IMG/VR virus record: IMGVR_UViG_3300035208_003226
Source: an uncultured virus (IMG/VR IMGVR_UViG_3300035208_003226)
Lineage: Duplodnaviria; Heunggongvirae; Uroviricota; Caudoviricetes
Length of the DNA: 64,000 nt
Strand: one strand, 5' to 3'
Position 1 is the first letter of the stretch. Each line of letters opens with the position of its first letter. Below, in pieces: positions 1-10,340 of the stretch. The position numbers and the translations under genes are program-made. The notes beneath the pieces were generated by a model that had not been told where the DNA came from, did not search any database, and saw only the letters and a program-made list of their open reading frames with translations.

Positions 1-77
1 GTCTTTTAAATCTTCTATACTCAACTCTTTAATTAACTCACCCATCTTTTTAAATTCTTCTATTTTGTTTGTTTCTT

Positions 78-203
78 TCATTTTTCTTCCTCCACTTTTT
101 CCATATAATTACCACAACCACAAAGAACCATCACTACTGCATCTTTTCCTTTACCCTCTATTTCGTGAGTATTCTTACAATTCGGACATTTCCATTTAGT
201 CAT
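78..203 (-). CDS. Small Zn-ribbon protein (41 aa)
   Basis: Read by hand: MTKWKCPNC...LCGCG; overlaps both neighbouring genes; below the ORF-track cutoff. Confidence 0.6.
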   Translation of the reverse strand: MTKWKCPNCKNTHEIEGKGKDAVVMVLCGCGNYMEKVEEEK

Positions 204-378
204 ACATTTCCTCAATTAATTTAGTTATATAATATCCCATTAAACTTGCATTAATTAATATAAGAAAACAATCAAATATAACAAATACCATAATTCTTGC
301 AGTTAATAAACAAAAAACTGATACAGATAAATTACACAATACCAAAAGATTCATTAAAATATTAAATAACATTTTCAT
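196..378 (-). CDS. Small two-TM membrane protein
   Basis: Hydrophobic ORF; ATG at 378 overlaps the upstream stop. Confidence 0.55.
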   Translation of the reverse strand: MKMLFNILMNLLVLCNLSVSVFCLLTARIMVFVIFDCFLILINASLMGYYITKLIEEMYD

Positions 379-448
379 TGCTTCTTCTCCCAATCTCTTT
401 CTCTTGCTTCTTCTAATATAAAATCTTCTTCTTTTGCTGTTAATTCTC

Positions 449-622
449 TCATTTTTTTATTACCATCATTCTTGCTAATATAACATTAGTGTTGCAATCA
501 TCGCAACATCTTCCTTTTCCTTTATTCAAAGGTGCGGGATTATTACCGTAATGATAATAATATCCACCACAAAGGCAACATTTTCCAACCTTAGGATATT
601 TTTCCTTTATTTTGTTTAACAT
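449..622 (-). CDS. Small Cys-rich viral protein (57 aa)
   Basis: Read by hand: CCLC...YGNNPAP...RCCDDCN; first gene after the promoter at 643-667. Confidence 0.65.
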   Translation of the reverse strand: MLNKIKEKYPKVGKCCLCGGYYYHYGNNPAPLNKGKGRCCDDCNTNVILARMMVIKK

Positions 623-642
623 AATATATGATATATATATGC

Positions 643-667
643 CTTTAAATACCTTTTGTTTTGTTTT
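643..667 (-). promoter_or_regulatory. Archaeal BRE-TATA promoter (early type)
   Basis: Minus strand AAAACAAAAGGTATTTAAAG, about 22 nt upstream of ATG 622. Confidence 0.65.
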
Positions 668-1166
668 ACCTCAAACCATATATATACTTTTATATAATAA
701 CATTTATAAAGGCAAAAATAAGCGACTCTTAACAAAACACCTCAAAAAATAAAAAGTAGCTAAAAAGTAATACTATTATACTATACAAAAAAGATAGCTC
801 CAAAATCGATATGTTTTTATATATGAAATTTACGAAAAACAACGTTCTACAAGAGGGATGAACCGAGAAAATACAAAAAATAAGAAAAACATCATAAAAA
901 GCATATTAAAAAACATCTCAAAACTATATATATAAAATAGCCAAAAAAGAGGGAGAGGGAGTTATTTAGTGTTTTAGGTTATTTTTACTAAAAAAAGGGC
1001 TCTTATATAGAATATTTTAGTTATTTTTATGTTTTATATATTATTTTTATATCAATAATAACCAATAATAACTAAATAACCTAAACCATATATATACTTT
1101 TATAGGTTATTTTTAGTTATTTTATATTATTTTTGGTTATTTTTGTTAAAATCATATATATACTTT
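668..1166. other. Putative replication origin
   Basis: Largest non-coding AT-rich gap, next to the helicase; 22-bp direct repeat at 673 and 1083; GTTATTT/AAATAAC direct and inverted repeats. Confidence 0.5.
792..851 (+). repeat. Dispersed 60-bp element, copy A
   Basis: Ungapped alignment with 31502-31561(+) and 58481-58540(-). Confidence 0.7.
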
Positions 1167-2540
1167 TTACTCTACTTTCTTCTTTTTCTTCTTTTCTTCT
1201 TCAACTTCTTTCACATACATTCTCTCTTTTGGTCTACCACCTTCACTACTCTCACTTCTTTCTTCTTTTACCTCAATTTTCTTTTCAAAAATCATTCTTG
1301 GAAGCACTTCTTGAAATATCTGCAATTCTCCAATAGCAAACTGGCTTCTATTATCCTTTACTATTCCTCTTAACTCGTATTTTGTTATTCCTTGATTTTC
1401 GCAAATTGTCTTCTCAATCATCATTTCTGTTTGTCTTACCTTTTTCTTTTTCATATCCTCTTTATTCAAATCTTCGTTATCAAATTTTGTTCCTTCAAAT
1501 ATGTCACTTACGAAATGCAAAACATAATCTAACTGCTCTTTAACAATGTTATAAGCATAATCAGCACATTCTTCATCAATAATGTCCTTGCCATTCCAAA
1601 CAGCATATAAGCACATTATTCTATGTCCCAATTCTTTACTTCTAATCAAAAAACTCGTCAATATATCCTGCAACCTTTTATCTTTAACTTTATCAAAAAT
1701 CTCTTTTTCAAAATAAGCATCTAATTCATCACCAAACTTTCTACTTGCTTCAACCCTCATCTTTATAATATAATTTGGATGTTCCTTAACCTTGCTGACA
1801 TTATATTTTTCAAAATCGATAGCATCTCTCATTTCTTTCAATTTATCCATTACAGGTTCTAAATCAGTCATATAATTCTTTTCTGCCAATTCATTAAACT
1901 TTTTGCTTATTCTCATAACATCCTCTTGTGTATAACTTTTATAACTAAACAAACTTCTTTGAAACAATCCAGTAGTGAGCACTGTTGGTTTTAACTTGTC
2001 GAAAAAGAAAGTTCCAGTTCCAAAATTACAAGTGCTGAAATACTTTATCTCTCCTTTAGCTAACCTTTTGAAAATCATTCCATCATCTAAATATCCATTA
2101 ACAATCTCCAACAATCCATTTGTCCATTGATTACCAACAATCAAATTTCTTGCTTCATCAATCCATATAAAATCATATTCCCCTAACGCTCCTTTAATAA
2201 TATGAATCTTTCCCATCATATCGATACTAACACTTCCTATAATTGCTGCTTCTGTAAAACTATTCAACTTACAAACATTATAGCCCATATGTCGTAAGCA
2301 ATCTGCAACAATTTTATCTGCTACTCCCTTGCCAGTTCCTGATTGTTGTATCTTAAAACTACTCAAATTAACCGTCTTATATTGACCACCATAAACATAA
2401 CGCACTTTATTAATGCAACTTAACATTTCCAAAAAACATATTGGCATTAAATGTTCGTTCTCAATCATTCTTACATTCCATGCCTTATGAAATTCGTCAT
2501 ACCACTTTTGAAAATTATTTTTTTCTTCACCCATAAGCAT
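1167..2540 (-). CDS. MCM-like AAA+ ATPase, putative replicative helicase
   Basis: Walker A QQSGTGKG, TEAAIIGS, GAL, Walker B IWIDEA; helical lid and wH-like C-terminus. Confidence 0.7.
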   Translation of the reverse strand: MLMGEEKNNFQKWYDEFHKAWNVRMIENEHLMPICFLEMLSCINKVRYVYGGQYKTVNLSSFKIQQSGTGKGVADKIVADCLRHMGYNVCKLNSFTEAAIIGSVSIDMMGKIHIIKGALGEYDFIWIDEARNLIVGNQWTNGLLEIVNGYLDDGMIFKRLAKGEIKYFSTCNFGTGTFFFDKLKPTVLTTGLFQRSLFSYKSYTQEDVMRISKKFNELAEKNYMTDLEPVMDKLKEMRDAIDFEKYNVSKVKEHPNYIIKMRVEASRKFGDELDAYFEKEIFDKVKDKRLQDILTSFLIRSKELGHRIMCLYAVWNGKDIIDEECADYAYNIVKEQLDYVLHFVSDIFEGTKFDNEDLNKEDMKKKKVRQTEMMIEKTICENQGITKYELRGIVKDNRSQFAIGELQIFQEVLPRMIFEKKIEVKEERSESSEGGRPKERMYVKEVEEEKKKKKKVE

Positions 2541-2552
2541 TATAAAACTAAC

Positions 2553-2888
2553 CTATTTAATTATTCTTTCTTTTATATTTTTTAAGATTTCTTTAAATTC
2601 TAAATTATGTTTTTTCTTCAATTCTGATAACGCTTTTCCATATGCATTTGCGTTTTTATTATTTAATCCTGGATGTAACTTATAATATTTTTTATTATAA
2701 ACCGCACTAACTTCTCTCATCTCATCTGTATTTCTTCTTCCTTTTGCAATTGCTTTTGAAAATTCTTTTGGCATCGTTTTTCTTAACATTCTAATCGGCA
2801 ACGTTATATCTTGTTCTCTTCCGTCAGCAATTGCTTGAATACATTTCTTAATTTCTTCCTCATCATATTGTCTAATAGGAAAAGACAT
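2553..2888 (-). CDS. Hypothetical basic protein
   Basis: 111-aa ORF in an operon with the helicase. Confidence 0.6.
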   Translation of the reverse strand: MSFPIRQYDEEEIKKCIQAIADGREQDITLPIRMLRKTMPKEFSKAIAKGRRNTDEMREVSAVYNKKYYKLHPGLNNKNANAYGKALSELKKKHNLEFKEILKNIKERIIK

Positions 2889-3160
2889 TATATTTTTCTC
2901 CTATTTATTGTTCCAAATATATTTTTTGAAACAACACACATTTCTTTGTGTCCTATAACTCTATCATCTGAACAACTTGTAGGGACATCCCAACAAGTTT
3001 TAACACAAACTGTCTTATAACAAACATCTTCATATTCAATACATTTTCCAGTTAACAATGCACTAAGTAAAATTACAAAACAAGAAATTGCAATAACACC
3101 AATAAGAGAAATTATAATATAAAATCCTGTATTCAATTCACCTTTTTTATTTGTTTTCAT
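2888..3160 (-). CDS. Membrane protein with class III-like signal peptide and Cys-rich ectodomain
   Basis: MKTNKKG/EL, TM segment, several Cys. Confidence 0.65.
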   Translation of the reverse strand: MKTNKKGELNTGFYIIISLIGVIAISCFVILLSALLTGKCIEYEDVCYKTVCVKTCWDVPTSCSDDRVIGHKEMCVVSKNIFGTINRRKI

Positions 3161-3201
3161 ATCAACCTATCCTTTTTTCACATTTAAACAATCGGTTCTA
3201 A

Positions 3202-3280
3202 GTTTATAAATCTTATGTCTCGATGAAAACCATATATATGATTTTATCAATCTTTTTCAATCAACAAAACATTTATAAAC
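3202..3280. promoter_or_regulatory. Divergent archaeal promoters
   Basis: Minus TTTATAAA at 3203-3210; plus AACAAAACATTTATAAAC at 3263-3280. Confidence 0.7.
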
Positions 3281-3363
3281 CAACGAAATAATCAATTAAT
3301 ATTAAAGTTGGTTGATAAAATGTTAAAATATAATTTTCAAATACAGTTGAAAGGAGGATATAA

Positions 3364-4434
3364 ATGGTAAAAACAAAAGAAGAATATTTTAAGGAGTGGT
3401 CAGATAAATTATCAATTTCTATAACAGATATTGAAAAGGATTTCAATAATTTCTTAACAGAAGAAAATGAAGTTCATAAGGATTTATCTGCAGATGAAAG
3501 AACTTCAAGAGCACTTAATAGAACTGCTTTACATTATAAACGTCTTTTAAAAACACCTGCAACTGGCTTTGAAGGAGTTATAATTGGCGTTGGAGATTGT
3601 GTTGATATGGTTGCTAAGCAAAGACTTGCAGCAATAACATTATTCAAGACATCACCACAAGAAGCAGTAACAAATGGAATCACAGATGAAAATGGTGTTC
3701 CTCTTGATACAAAAGAAAAATGGGGAGAAAAGATAAACCCAAACTTTGGTAAACCATTACCAGAACACAATTACATTAGAAACTTATATGGTATCGCTAT
3801 AAAGAAAAAAGTTAAAGATGATAAGCCAAAACTTTTCACAATGACTTTAACAGGAGCAAAAGCTGAGGATGAAACTATCCCTATATTTGCACCAGTAAGA
3901 TTTATGGCAAACGACAATATAAAACTTTCAACTGAAAACTGTTATGTGCTAAGACAATCAACTTTTACGAAGTTCGATATTGATAAAACACTTATTCTTC
4001 CTGAATTTGGAGAACTTATAAAATCGGTTCTTAAAGATAGTTTTGTTGAACTTAAAAATTTAACAGCTTATCATACAGCAAATAAAGACAACTTTAATAG
4101 ACTTGTAATAACAGAAGGAGATGTTTCAAGTTTGAATCTTGAACCAACTGCTTTTGGTAGTCGTATAATGACAATTGACGACGAAGCACTTGCTCTTGAA
4201 AATATTGAAGGAGCAGATGGAATTACTTGTTGGCTTTCAAATAGAATAAACATAGATTTTGCTGAAGGAAGCAAAGTGATAGTTGTTGGTAAAACAAATC
4301 AGGGGAAAAAGAAAGATGAACTTGGACTTCCTACAGAAGAACTTGGAAATGTATCTATCAATGTGTATGGAGTTTATGCATTGCCACAATATAAAATAGC
4401 AATTCCGAAAGTTGAAGAAATCACAGAAGAATAA
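3364..4434 (+). CDS. Putative OB-fold ssDNA-binding protein (RPA-like)
   Basis: RPA-like helical N-terminus, OB-like C-terminus (GSKVIVVGKT..INVYGVY), acidic tail, strong RBS TGAAAGGAGG, upstream of the Sak4-like ATPase. Confidence 0.55.
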   Translation: MVKTKEEYFKEWSDKLSISITDIEKDFNNFLTEENEVHKDLSADERTSRALNRTALHYKRLLKTPATGFEGVIIGVGDCVDMVAKQRLAAITLFKTSPQEAVTNGITDENGVPLDTKEKWGEKINPNFGKPLPEHNYIRNLYGIAIKKKVKDDKPKLFTMTLTGAKAEDETIPIFAPVRFMANDNIKLSTENCYVLRQSTFTKFDIDKTLILPEFGELIKSVLKDSFVELKNLTAYHTANKDNFNRLVITEGDVSSLNLEPTAFGSRIMTIDDEALALENIEGADGITCWLSNRINIDFAEGSKVIVVGKTNQGKKKDELGLPTEELGNVSINVYGVYALPQYKIAIPKVEEITEE

Positions 4435-4574
4435 TGGAAAAACAAACAACAATTCAGGACTTTGAAAAGATAGAAATAGAAGCCGAAGAACTTGTTGAAA
4501 TTCCAAAAACTAAACAAAGCTAAATAAACCTAAACTTATTAATTTCGTTATTTTTTGTTTTTCAAGAGACGAAC

Positions 4575-4883
4575 ATGGTTAAAAAGAAAATGGAAATAAA
4601 AATACCAGAAATAGAAGACGAAATACTAAATAAAATTATAGAAAATTTAAAAGAAAATAATTTAGAATTAGACGGCGTCATACTTGTATTTACAAGAAAA
4701 ACGGATAATGTAACTGGTTCTTATGTAATAGCAAAAGATGTAGGAGCCAAACTTCGATTATTAGAAGAAGCGAAAATACTTCGAAGACAGTTAGATATAT
4801 ATATTGAAACTGCGATTCAACAAGATATGAAAGATGAATACAAAGATGTAAAAACTAAATCAGAACAATCATACTTAGGATGA
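4575..4883 (+). CDS. Hypothetical protein
   Basis: 102-aa ORF. Confidence 0.6.
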   Translation: MVKKKMEIKIPEIEDEILNKIIENLKENNLELDGVILVFTRKTDNVTGSYVIAKDVGAKLRLLEEAKILRRQLDIYIETAIQQDMKDEYKDVKTKSEQSYLG

Positions 4884-5041
4884 AAAATATAAAAATAAAT
4901 CACGACTTTACATTAAAAGAAATATTAGAAAGTATAAAAGATGCAGGATATGATGAATATATGAAAATTAATAATACAAAAGTAGAGGGTTATAACGCTA
5001 TGAAAAATAAAATAGATGAATATTTAGATATGATAAAATGA
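4880..5041 (+). CDS. Small hypothetical protein (53 aa)
   Basis: Read by hand (MKNIKINHDF...); ATGA overlaps at both ends. Confidence 0.5.
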   Translation: MKNIKINHDFTLKEILESIKDAGYDEYMKINNTKVEGYNAMKNKIDEYLDMIK

Positions 5042-5811
5042 CTTGGGAAACACAAACAAATATAAAACCTGAAGAAGAAAAAGAAAAGAAAGAACTTAAA
5101 ATGGAATTTAAAAAACTGAAAGATGCAAAGCAATCACGAGGAATTAAAATTCTTAGTTATGGAAATTTCAGCACAGGCAAAACACATTTCGCTTTAACAA
5201 GCGATGCTCCTGTTTATGTTATTGATACAGAGAATGGAGTTTCTCCTCTTGCTGATAAATTTCCAGAAATTAATGTTATGAATATATCAAATATGGATAA
5301 TGATAATGTTGAAGAAAAAGATGAAGTAAAGAATTTTGAAAATTATATGAACACCATTGAATATCTTTCTTCGCTTCCAGATGAACAAGTTGGAACAATT
5401 ATCATCGATAGCATATCTGACATTTGGGACTGGGCACAAGCATATGCGAAGGTTAAAGTATTCAAAATAGGAATTGAAGACAGATTAAAACAACAATGGG
5501 ACTGGGGCACCATAAATAAATTATATCTCAAACCTTTACAAAAACTTATAAATAAAAACTGTAATGTTATTTTAACTGCACGAGAAGCAGAAACATATGA
5601 AGGAGCAGGAAAACCATCAGGAAGATTTGAACCAAAATGTCAAAAGAAAACTCCTTATTGGGTTGATGTTGTTCTTCATCATGAAATAAAATTTGTTAAT
5701 AACAAAATATTATTTCAAGCAAAGATAGAAAAGTGTAGACAAAAAGGTGAACTTATAGGAAAAATAATTGAAAGTCCCGACATAAATAAATTAAAGGAAA
5801 TGTTAAAATAA
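5038..5811 (+). CDS. Sak4/AAA_24-like RecA-fold ATPase (single-strand annealing)
   Basis: GNFSTGKT, IDTENG, IIIDSIS, ILTAR, WVDVV. Confidence 0.8.
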   Translation: MTWETQTNIKPEEEKEKKELKMEFKKLKDAKQSRGIKILSYGNFSTGKTHFALTSDAPVYVIDTENGVSPLADKFPEINVMNISNMDNDNVEEKDEVKNFENYMNTIEYLSSLPDEQVGTIIIDSISDIWDWAQAYAKVKVFKIGIEDRLKQQWDWGTINKLYLKPLQKLINKNCNVILTAREAETYEGAGKPSGRFEPKCQKKTPYWVDVVLHHEIKFVNNKILFQAKIEKCRQKGELIGKIIESPDINKLKEMLK

Positions 5812-5829
5812 AAACAAAATGTTTATAAA
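5811..5829 (+). promoter_or_regulatory. Archaeal BRE-TATA promoter
   Basis: AAAACAAAATGTTTATAAA. Confidence 0.7.
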
Positions 5830-5862
5830 CTTAACAAATAATAATATTGTAGGTAAAAAGAA

Positions 5863-6240
5863 ATGATAAATAAAAAAGGTCAAATAGGAATTATTATTGG
5901 TGTTATTTTCGTTATCTTTGCTATTTTTTCTCTTATATTAATATCTGCAATTGGTATTCATATAAAAACTATGGAGAATGGACATCATACAGGTTATGTT
6001 ACTGCTATTGAAACAAATGGAATAATTTGGAAGACAGATAGTGTTTATTTTAAAACAGACGCTCAAAGTTCGCAAGAAGATAGATATTGTGTTATTGATA
6101 AAGAATTAAAACAAAAATTATTAATGTTTCAGCAAACTAAAAAACTTGTAACAATAACTTATATGCAATATTTCTCAGCAGGATGGAACAATTGTAAAAT
6201 AGATGATAGTGCAGGAATAATAACAGGAGTAGAAGGATGA
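5863..6240 (+). CDS. Membrane-anchored protein with class III-like signal peptide
   Basis: MINKKG/QIG plus TM segment and a small extracellular domain. Confidence 0.7.
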   Translation: MINKKGQIGIIIGVIFVIFAIFSLILISAIGIHIKTMENGHHTGYVTAIETNGIIWKTDSVYFKTDAQSSQEDRYCVIDKELKQKLLMFQQTKKLVTITYMQYFSAGWNNCKIDDSAGIITGVEG

Positions 6241-6989
6241 AATTGGAAATATTAAAAGAACATAAAAAAGAATTTTTAGAATTTTTAAAATTAATTTCAA
6301 ATAATATTATAGAAACAAATATTAAATTTGATGAAAAAGGTTTATATATTAAATCATTTGACCAATCAAATGTTTGTTATATAAATTTATTTATACCATT
6401 AAATTTCTTTTCACAATTTGAATTAAAAAATAAAGAAGAAATAATATATATAAATTTATTAGATTTTATTAAAATAATTGATAAAGGATGTAATACAGAA
6501 TATTCATTAATACTTAGTAAAGAACAAGACGATAATGTTATGACTATTCAAAATGGAAAAAAGAAATTTAAATTATGTTTATTAGAACCCGAAGAAAATC
6601 AAAAAAGAGAACTTGCAGATTTTAATTATGATGTTTCATTTGATATGAAATATAAAGATTATAAAGAATTAATATCTGATTGTTTAATTGTTGGTTCAAA
6701 AATAACATTTGAAATTAAAAATGAAAAAGATAAATTAAAAATATTAAATTGTTATGCAGGAGAACAAAATAAGTTTATAACTGATTTTAATGAAAATGAT
6801 ATTATAATATCTAATTCTAAAAATTTAAATATTAAATGTAATTATAATCTTGAATATTTAAATAAATTTATATCTTCTATTGATTTTGAAATTATTCATC
6901 TAAATATAGATAATGATAAACCATTAACTATTTTTTTAAATTATAAAAATATAATTTTAAAAATAATTCTTGCAAATTTAGAAGAATAA
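6237..6989 (+). CDS. pcn: DNA sliding clamp (PCNA)
   Basis: 250 aa; GLYIKSFDQSNVCY, YNLEYL, DKPL, ILAN motifs match PCNA patterns. Confidence 0.88.
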   Translation: MKLEILKEHKKEFLEFLKLISNNIIETNIKFDEKGLYIKSFDQSNVCYINLFIPLNFFSQFELKNKEEIIYINLLDFIKIIDKGCNTEYSLILSKEQDDNVMTIQNGKKKFKLCLLEPEENQKRELADFNYDVSFDMKYKDYKELISDCLIVGSKITFEIKNEKDKLKILNCYAGEQNKFITDFNENDIIISNSKNLNIKCNYNLEYLNKFISSIDFEIIHLNIDNDKPLTIFLNYKNIILKIILANLEE

Positions 6990-7009
6990 ATTAAAAATGA
7001 GGTGTTATT

Positions 7010-7648
7010 ATGGAAGAATTTAAAATTTTAAATCTTTATGCAGGAATAGGGGGAAATAGAAAACTTTGGACTGGAGATATAAAAGTAACCGCAATAGAAA
7101 ATAATCCAAAGATTGCAAAAATATACAAAGATTTCTTTCCTCAAGATGAAGTAATAATTACAGATGCTCACCAATTTCTTTTAGAACATTATAAAGAATA
7201 TAATTTTATTTGGAGTTCTCCCCCTTGCCCTACACATAGTAAACTTAGAAAAGGATTATCTATGAATGCGGGAGCAAAAGCAGTATATCCTGATATGAAA
7301 TTATATGAAGAAATACTATTATTACAAGGATATTTTAAAGGTAAATGGGTAGTTGAGAATGTTATATCTTGGTATAAACCATTAATAATTCCGCAAATAA
7401 TTCAAAGACATTTCTTTTGGAGTAATTTTAAAATACCAATAAAAGAATTTCCAAAAGATAGTATAAGAGTTACTGGTGGGAAACATCTTCCAGAATGGAC
7501 ACAAATAAAACATTTACAACAACATCATAAAATAATATTACCAGAAAATGCTCAAAATAAAAGATTATTATTACGAAATTGTGTAAATCCAGAAGTTGGA
7601 CTTTATGTATTTAATTGTATATTTAAACAATATCAAAAAACATTATAA
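7010..7648 (+). CDS. DNA cytosine-C5 methyltransferase (short type)
   Basis: LYAGIGG, SPPCP, VENV, QRH, RNCV. Confidence 0.85.
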   Translation: MEEFKILNLYAGIGGNRKLWTGDIKVTAIENNPKIAKIYKDFFPQDEVIITDAHQFLLEHYKEYNFIWSSPPCPTHSKLRKGLSMNAGAKAVYPDMKLYEEILLLQGYFKGKWVVENVISWYKPLIIPQIIQRHFFWSNFKIPIKEFPKDSIRVTGGKHLPEWTQIKHLQQHHKIILPENAQNKRLLLRNCVNPEVGLYVFNCIFKQYQKTL

Positions 7649-8754
7649 TGGAAACTAATAAAATATATCAAGGTGATTCTTTAGAAGTATTAAAAACTTT
7701 TCCAGATGAAAGTATAAATTGTGTAATGACTTCTCCACCTTATTGGGCATTAAGAGATTATGAAGTTGAAGGACAATTAGGTTTAGAACCAACATTTCAA
7801 GAATATATAATTAAACTTTGTGATATTTTTGATGAAGTAAAAAGAGTTCTAAGAAAAGATGGAACTTGCTGGGTTAATATTGGTGATACTTATAATGGTA
7901 GTAATAAAGGTGTTGGTGGAGATATTAAAGGAAGTAAACAGATATGGTCTTTTAATGAAAAAGAAAAAAGAATTTGCCAAAATTGCGGAAAAGAATTTAA
8001 TGGTTGGAAGTTTCAAAATTTTTGTGGAAGTGCTTGTTCTGGTATAGATAATACTCCTAAAATTAAAAAAGGACAATTAGAAAATAAATCTCTCTGTAAT
8101 ATTCCTGCTCGTTTTAGTATTGAAATGCAGAATCGTGGATGGATTTTAAGAAATGTAATAATATGGCATAAACCAAATTGTATGCCAAGTTCTGTTAAAG
8201 ACAGATTTACAGTTGATTTTGAATATATTTTCTTTTTTGTTAAAAATAAAAATTATTGGTTTGAAATGCAATATGAAAAATCAATTTGGGCAGATAAAGA
8301 TAAAAGAAGTATATTAGGTAGAGTTAAACATAAATCAGGTAAATCAACATTAAAAAATTATCAAGGAGGAATGAATGCAGTAGATTATACAAAAATACAA
8401 AATACAAAATACAAAAATGAAGAACAAGAAAAGAATAATCGACAAGGACTTGTTGGTTCTGATATAAGTTTATATAAATATGGAAAAAATAAAAGATGTA
8501 TTTGGGATATATCTACAAAACCATTTAAAGAATCTCACTTTGCAACTTATCCTGAAGAATTATGTTATACTCCAATAAAATCGGGATGTCCTGAAAATGG
8601 AATAATTCTTGACCCGTTTTTTGGTGCAGGAACAACAGGATTAGTTGCATTAAAACAAAATAAAAAATTTATAGGAATTGAATTAAATTCTGAATATATT
8701 AAAATTGCAAATAAGAGGTTAAAATTATGGTTGAATCAAAAGAAATTAATATAA
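7648..8754 (+). CDS. DNA amino-methyltransferase, beta class (likely N4-C), with Zn-finger insert
   Basis: TSPPY, HFATYP, DPFFGAGTT; CQNC..FCGSAC insert. Confidence 0.9.
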   Translation: METNKIYQGDSLEVLKTFPDESINCVMTSPPYWALRDYEVEGQLGLEPTFQEYIIKLCDIFDEVKRVLRKDGTCWVNIGDTYNGSNKGVGGDIKGSKQIWSFNEKEKRICQNCGKEFNGWKFQNFCGSACSGIDNTPKIKKGQLENKSLCNIPARFSIEMQNRGWILRNVIIWHKPNCMPSSVKDRFTVDFEYIFFFVKNKNYWFEMQYEKSIWADKDKRSILGRVKHKSGKSTLKNYQGGMNAVDYTKIQNTKYKNEEQEKNNRQGLVGSDISLYKYGKNKRCIWDISTKPFKESHFATYPEELCYTPIKSGCPENGIILDPFFGAGTTGLVALKQNKKFIGIELNSEYIKIANKRLKLWLNQKKLI

Positions 8755-10184
8755 AAGATTTTGAAAATAAAATAATTAATGGAGATTGTATCGAAGAAAT
8801 GAAGAAACTTCCAGATAATTCAATAGATGCAATTATAACAGACCCCCCTTATGGACTTGAATTTATGGGAAAAAGTTGGGATAGTTTTTCCGATAATGGT
8901 GATAGTGAATTATTACATAATATTCAAAATGATGGAAAAGATAATGTTTATAAAAATAAAGGATTTAATGTTTTACCAAGATATGAACCTAATAAAAATA
9001 ATATTAATTTTCAACAATTTACAATTAATTGGGCAAGAGAAGCATTAAGGGTTTTGAAACCTGGCGGTTATCTCTTATCTTTTGGAGGAACAAGAACCTA
9101 TCATAGAATGGCTTGTGGAATTGAAGATGCTGGTTTTGAAATAAGAGATTGTATTATGTGGATATATGGAAGTGGGTTTCCAAAAAGTTTGAATATAGGA
9201 AAACAGATAGATAAAATACAAGGAAATGAAAGAGATGTTATTGGAGTAAGTTCAAACGAAAAAGATTTTAGAGATGTTGGGAAAAAAGTTAAGGAAGAGA
9301 TAGGAATTGATAAGTTATCTTTTGGAACAATTGAGAACGCTGAAAGAAAAGACTTAGAAATAACCAAAGGAAATTCAGAATGGGAAGGTTGGGGAACTGC
9401 ATTAAAACCTGCTTGTGAGCCAATTGTCGTTGCAAGAAAATCTTTATCTGAAAAAAATGTTACTTTAAATGTTCTTAAATGGGGAACTGGTGGAATTAAT
9501 ATTGATGAAAGTAGAATACCTTGTAATCCTATTTTAGATAAATCACAAAACAGAACTATGATACAAAAAATAGATGGGTTTGAAAAAGGTTGGGGAATGA
9601 AACCACAAGGAAAAGTCCAAGTTGTAGATTTAAAAAGAGGAAGATTTCCAGCAAATATAATTCTTGATGAAGAATCAGGGGATATGTTAGATGAACAAAG
9701 TGGAGAAAGTTTAAGTAAAAGGAATTTAATGAACGAGGGATGGAGTAATAAGCAAAATGTATTAAATAAAAATGGAACTGGAGATTTAGACTTTAAATCT
9801 GAAAGAGGATTTAATGACAAAGGTGGAGCATCAAGATTTTTTTATTGTGCAAAAGCAAGTAAGAGTGAAAGGAATAACGGATGTGAAGAATTGGAAGATA
9901 AAGATGGAAATATTAAAAGTGGATATGCTGGAATGAATAACGAAACACAAACAAAAAAGAATAATCATCCAACAGTTAAACCCATAAAATTAATGGAATA
10001 TCTTATTAAATTGGTTTCAAAAGAAAAATCACTTATTCTTGACCCATTTATGGGAAGTGGAACAACTGGTATAGCTTGTATAAAAACAAATAGAAATTTT
10101 ATTGGAATTGAAAAAGAATTAGAATATATAAAAATTATAGAAACAAGATTAAATAATATTAAAAAACAAAAAAAATTAATATAA
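8727..10184 (+). CDS. DNA amino-methyltransferase, beta class (likely N6-A)
   Basis: TDPPY, GRFPAN, HPTVKP, DPFMGSGTT. Confidence 0.9.
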   Translation: MVESKEINIKDFENKIINGDCIEEMKKLPDNSIDAIITDPPYGLEFMGKSWDSFSDNGDSELLHNIQNDGKDNVYKNKGFNVLPRYEPNKNNINFQQFTINWAREALRVLKPGGYLLSFGGTRTYHRMACGIEDAGFEIRDCIMWIYGSGFPKSLNIGKQIDKIQGNERDVIGVSSNEKDFRDVGKKVKEEIGIDKLSFGTIENAERKDLEITKGNSEWEGWGTALKPACEPIVVARKSLSEKNVTLNVLKWGTGGINIDESRIPCNPILDKSQNRTMIQKIDGFEKGWGMKPQGKVQVVDLKRGRFPANIILDEESGDMLDEQSGESLSKRNLMNEGWSNKQNVLNKNGTGDLDFKSERGFNDKGGASRFFYCAKASKSERNNGCEELEDKDGNIKSGYAGMNNETQTKKNNHPTVKPIKLMEYLIKLVSKEKSLILDPFMGSGTTGIACIKTNRNFIGIEKELEYIKIIETRLNNIKKQKKLI

Positions 10185-10340
10185 AATGGTATGTCCAAGT
10201 AGAAAAAATAAAATGATATGTAAAATAGTTCAAAATAAAAAAAATAAAAATGAGAAACAAAAAGAAAAAGATAAAGAAATTATATCGGAAGAAGAACATC
10301 AAAAGAGAATAAATAAATTAAAAGAATTGGGGTTGATAAA

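Noticed and set aside
668..1166. Mini-CRISPR array
   Set aside because: Repeats are short, irregularly spaced and in both orientations
9101..9820. 239-aa minus-strand ORF
   Set aside because: Antisense to a methyltransferase, no motifs
7010..10184. Complete restriction-modification system
   Set aside because: No adjacent restriction endonuclease; the methyltransferases appear to be orphans
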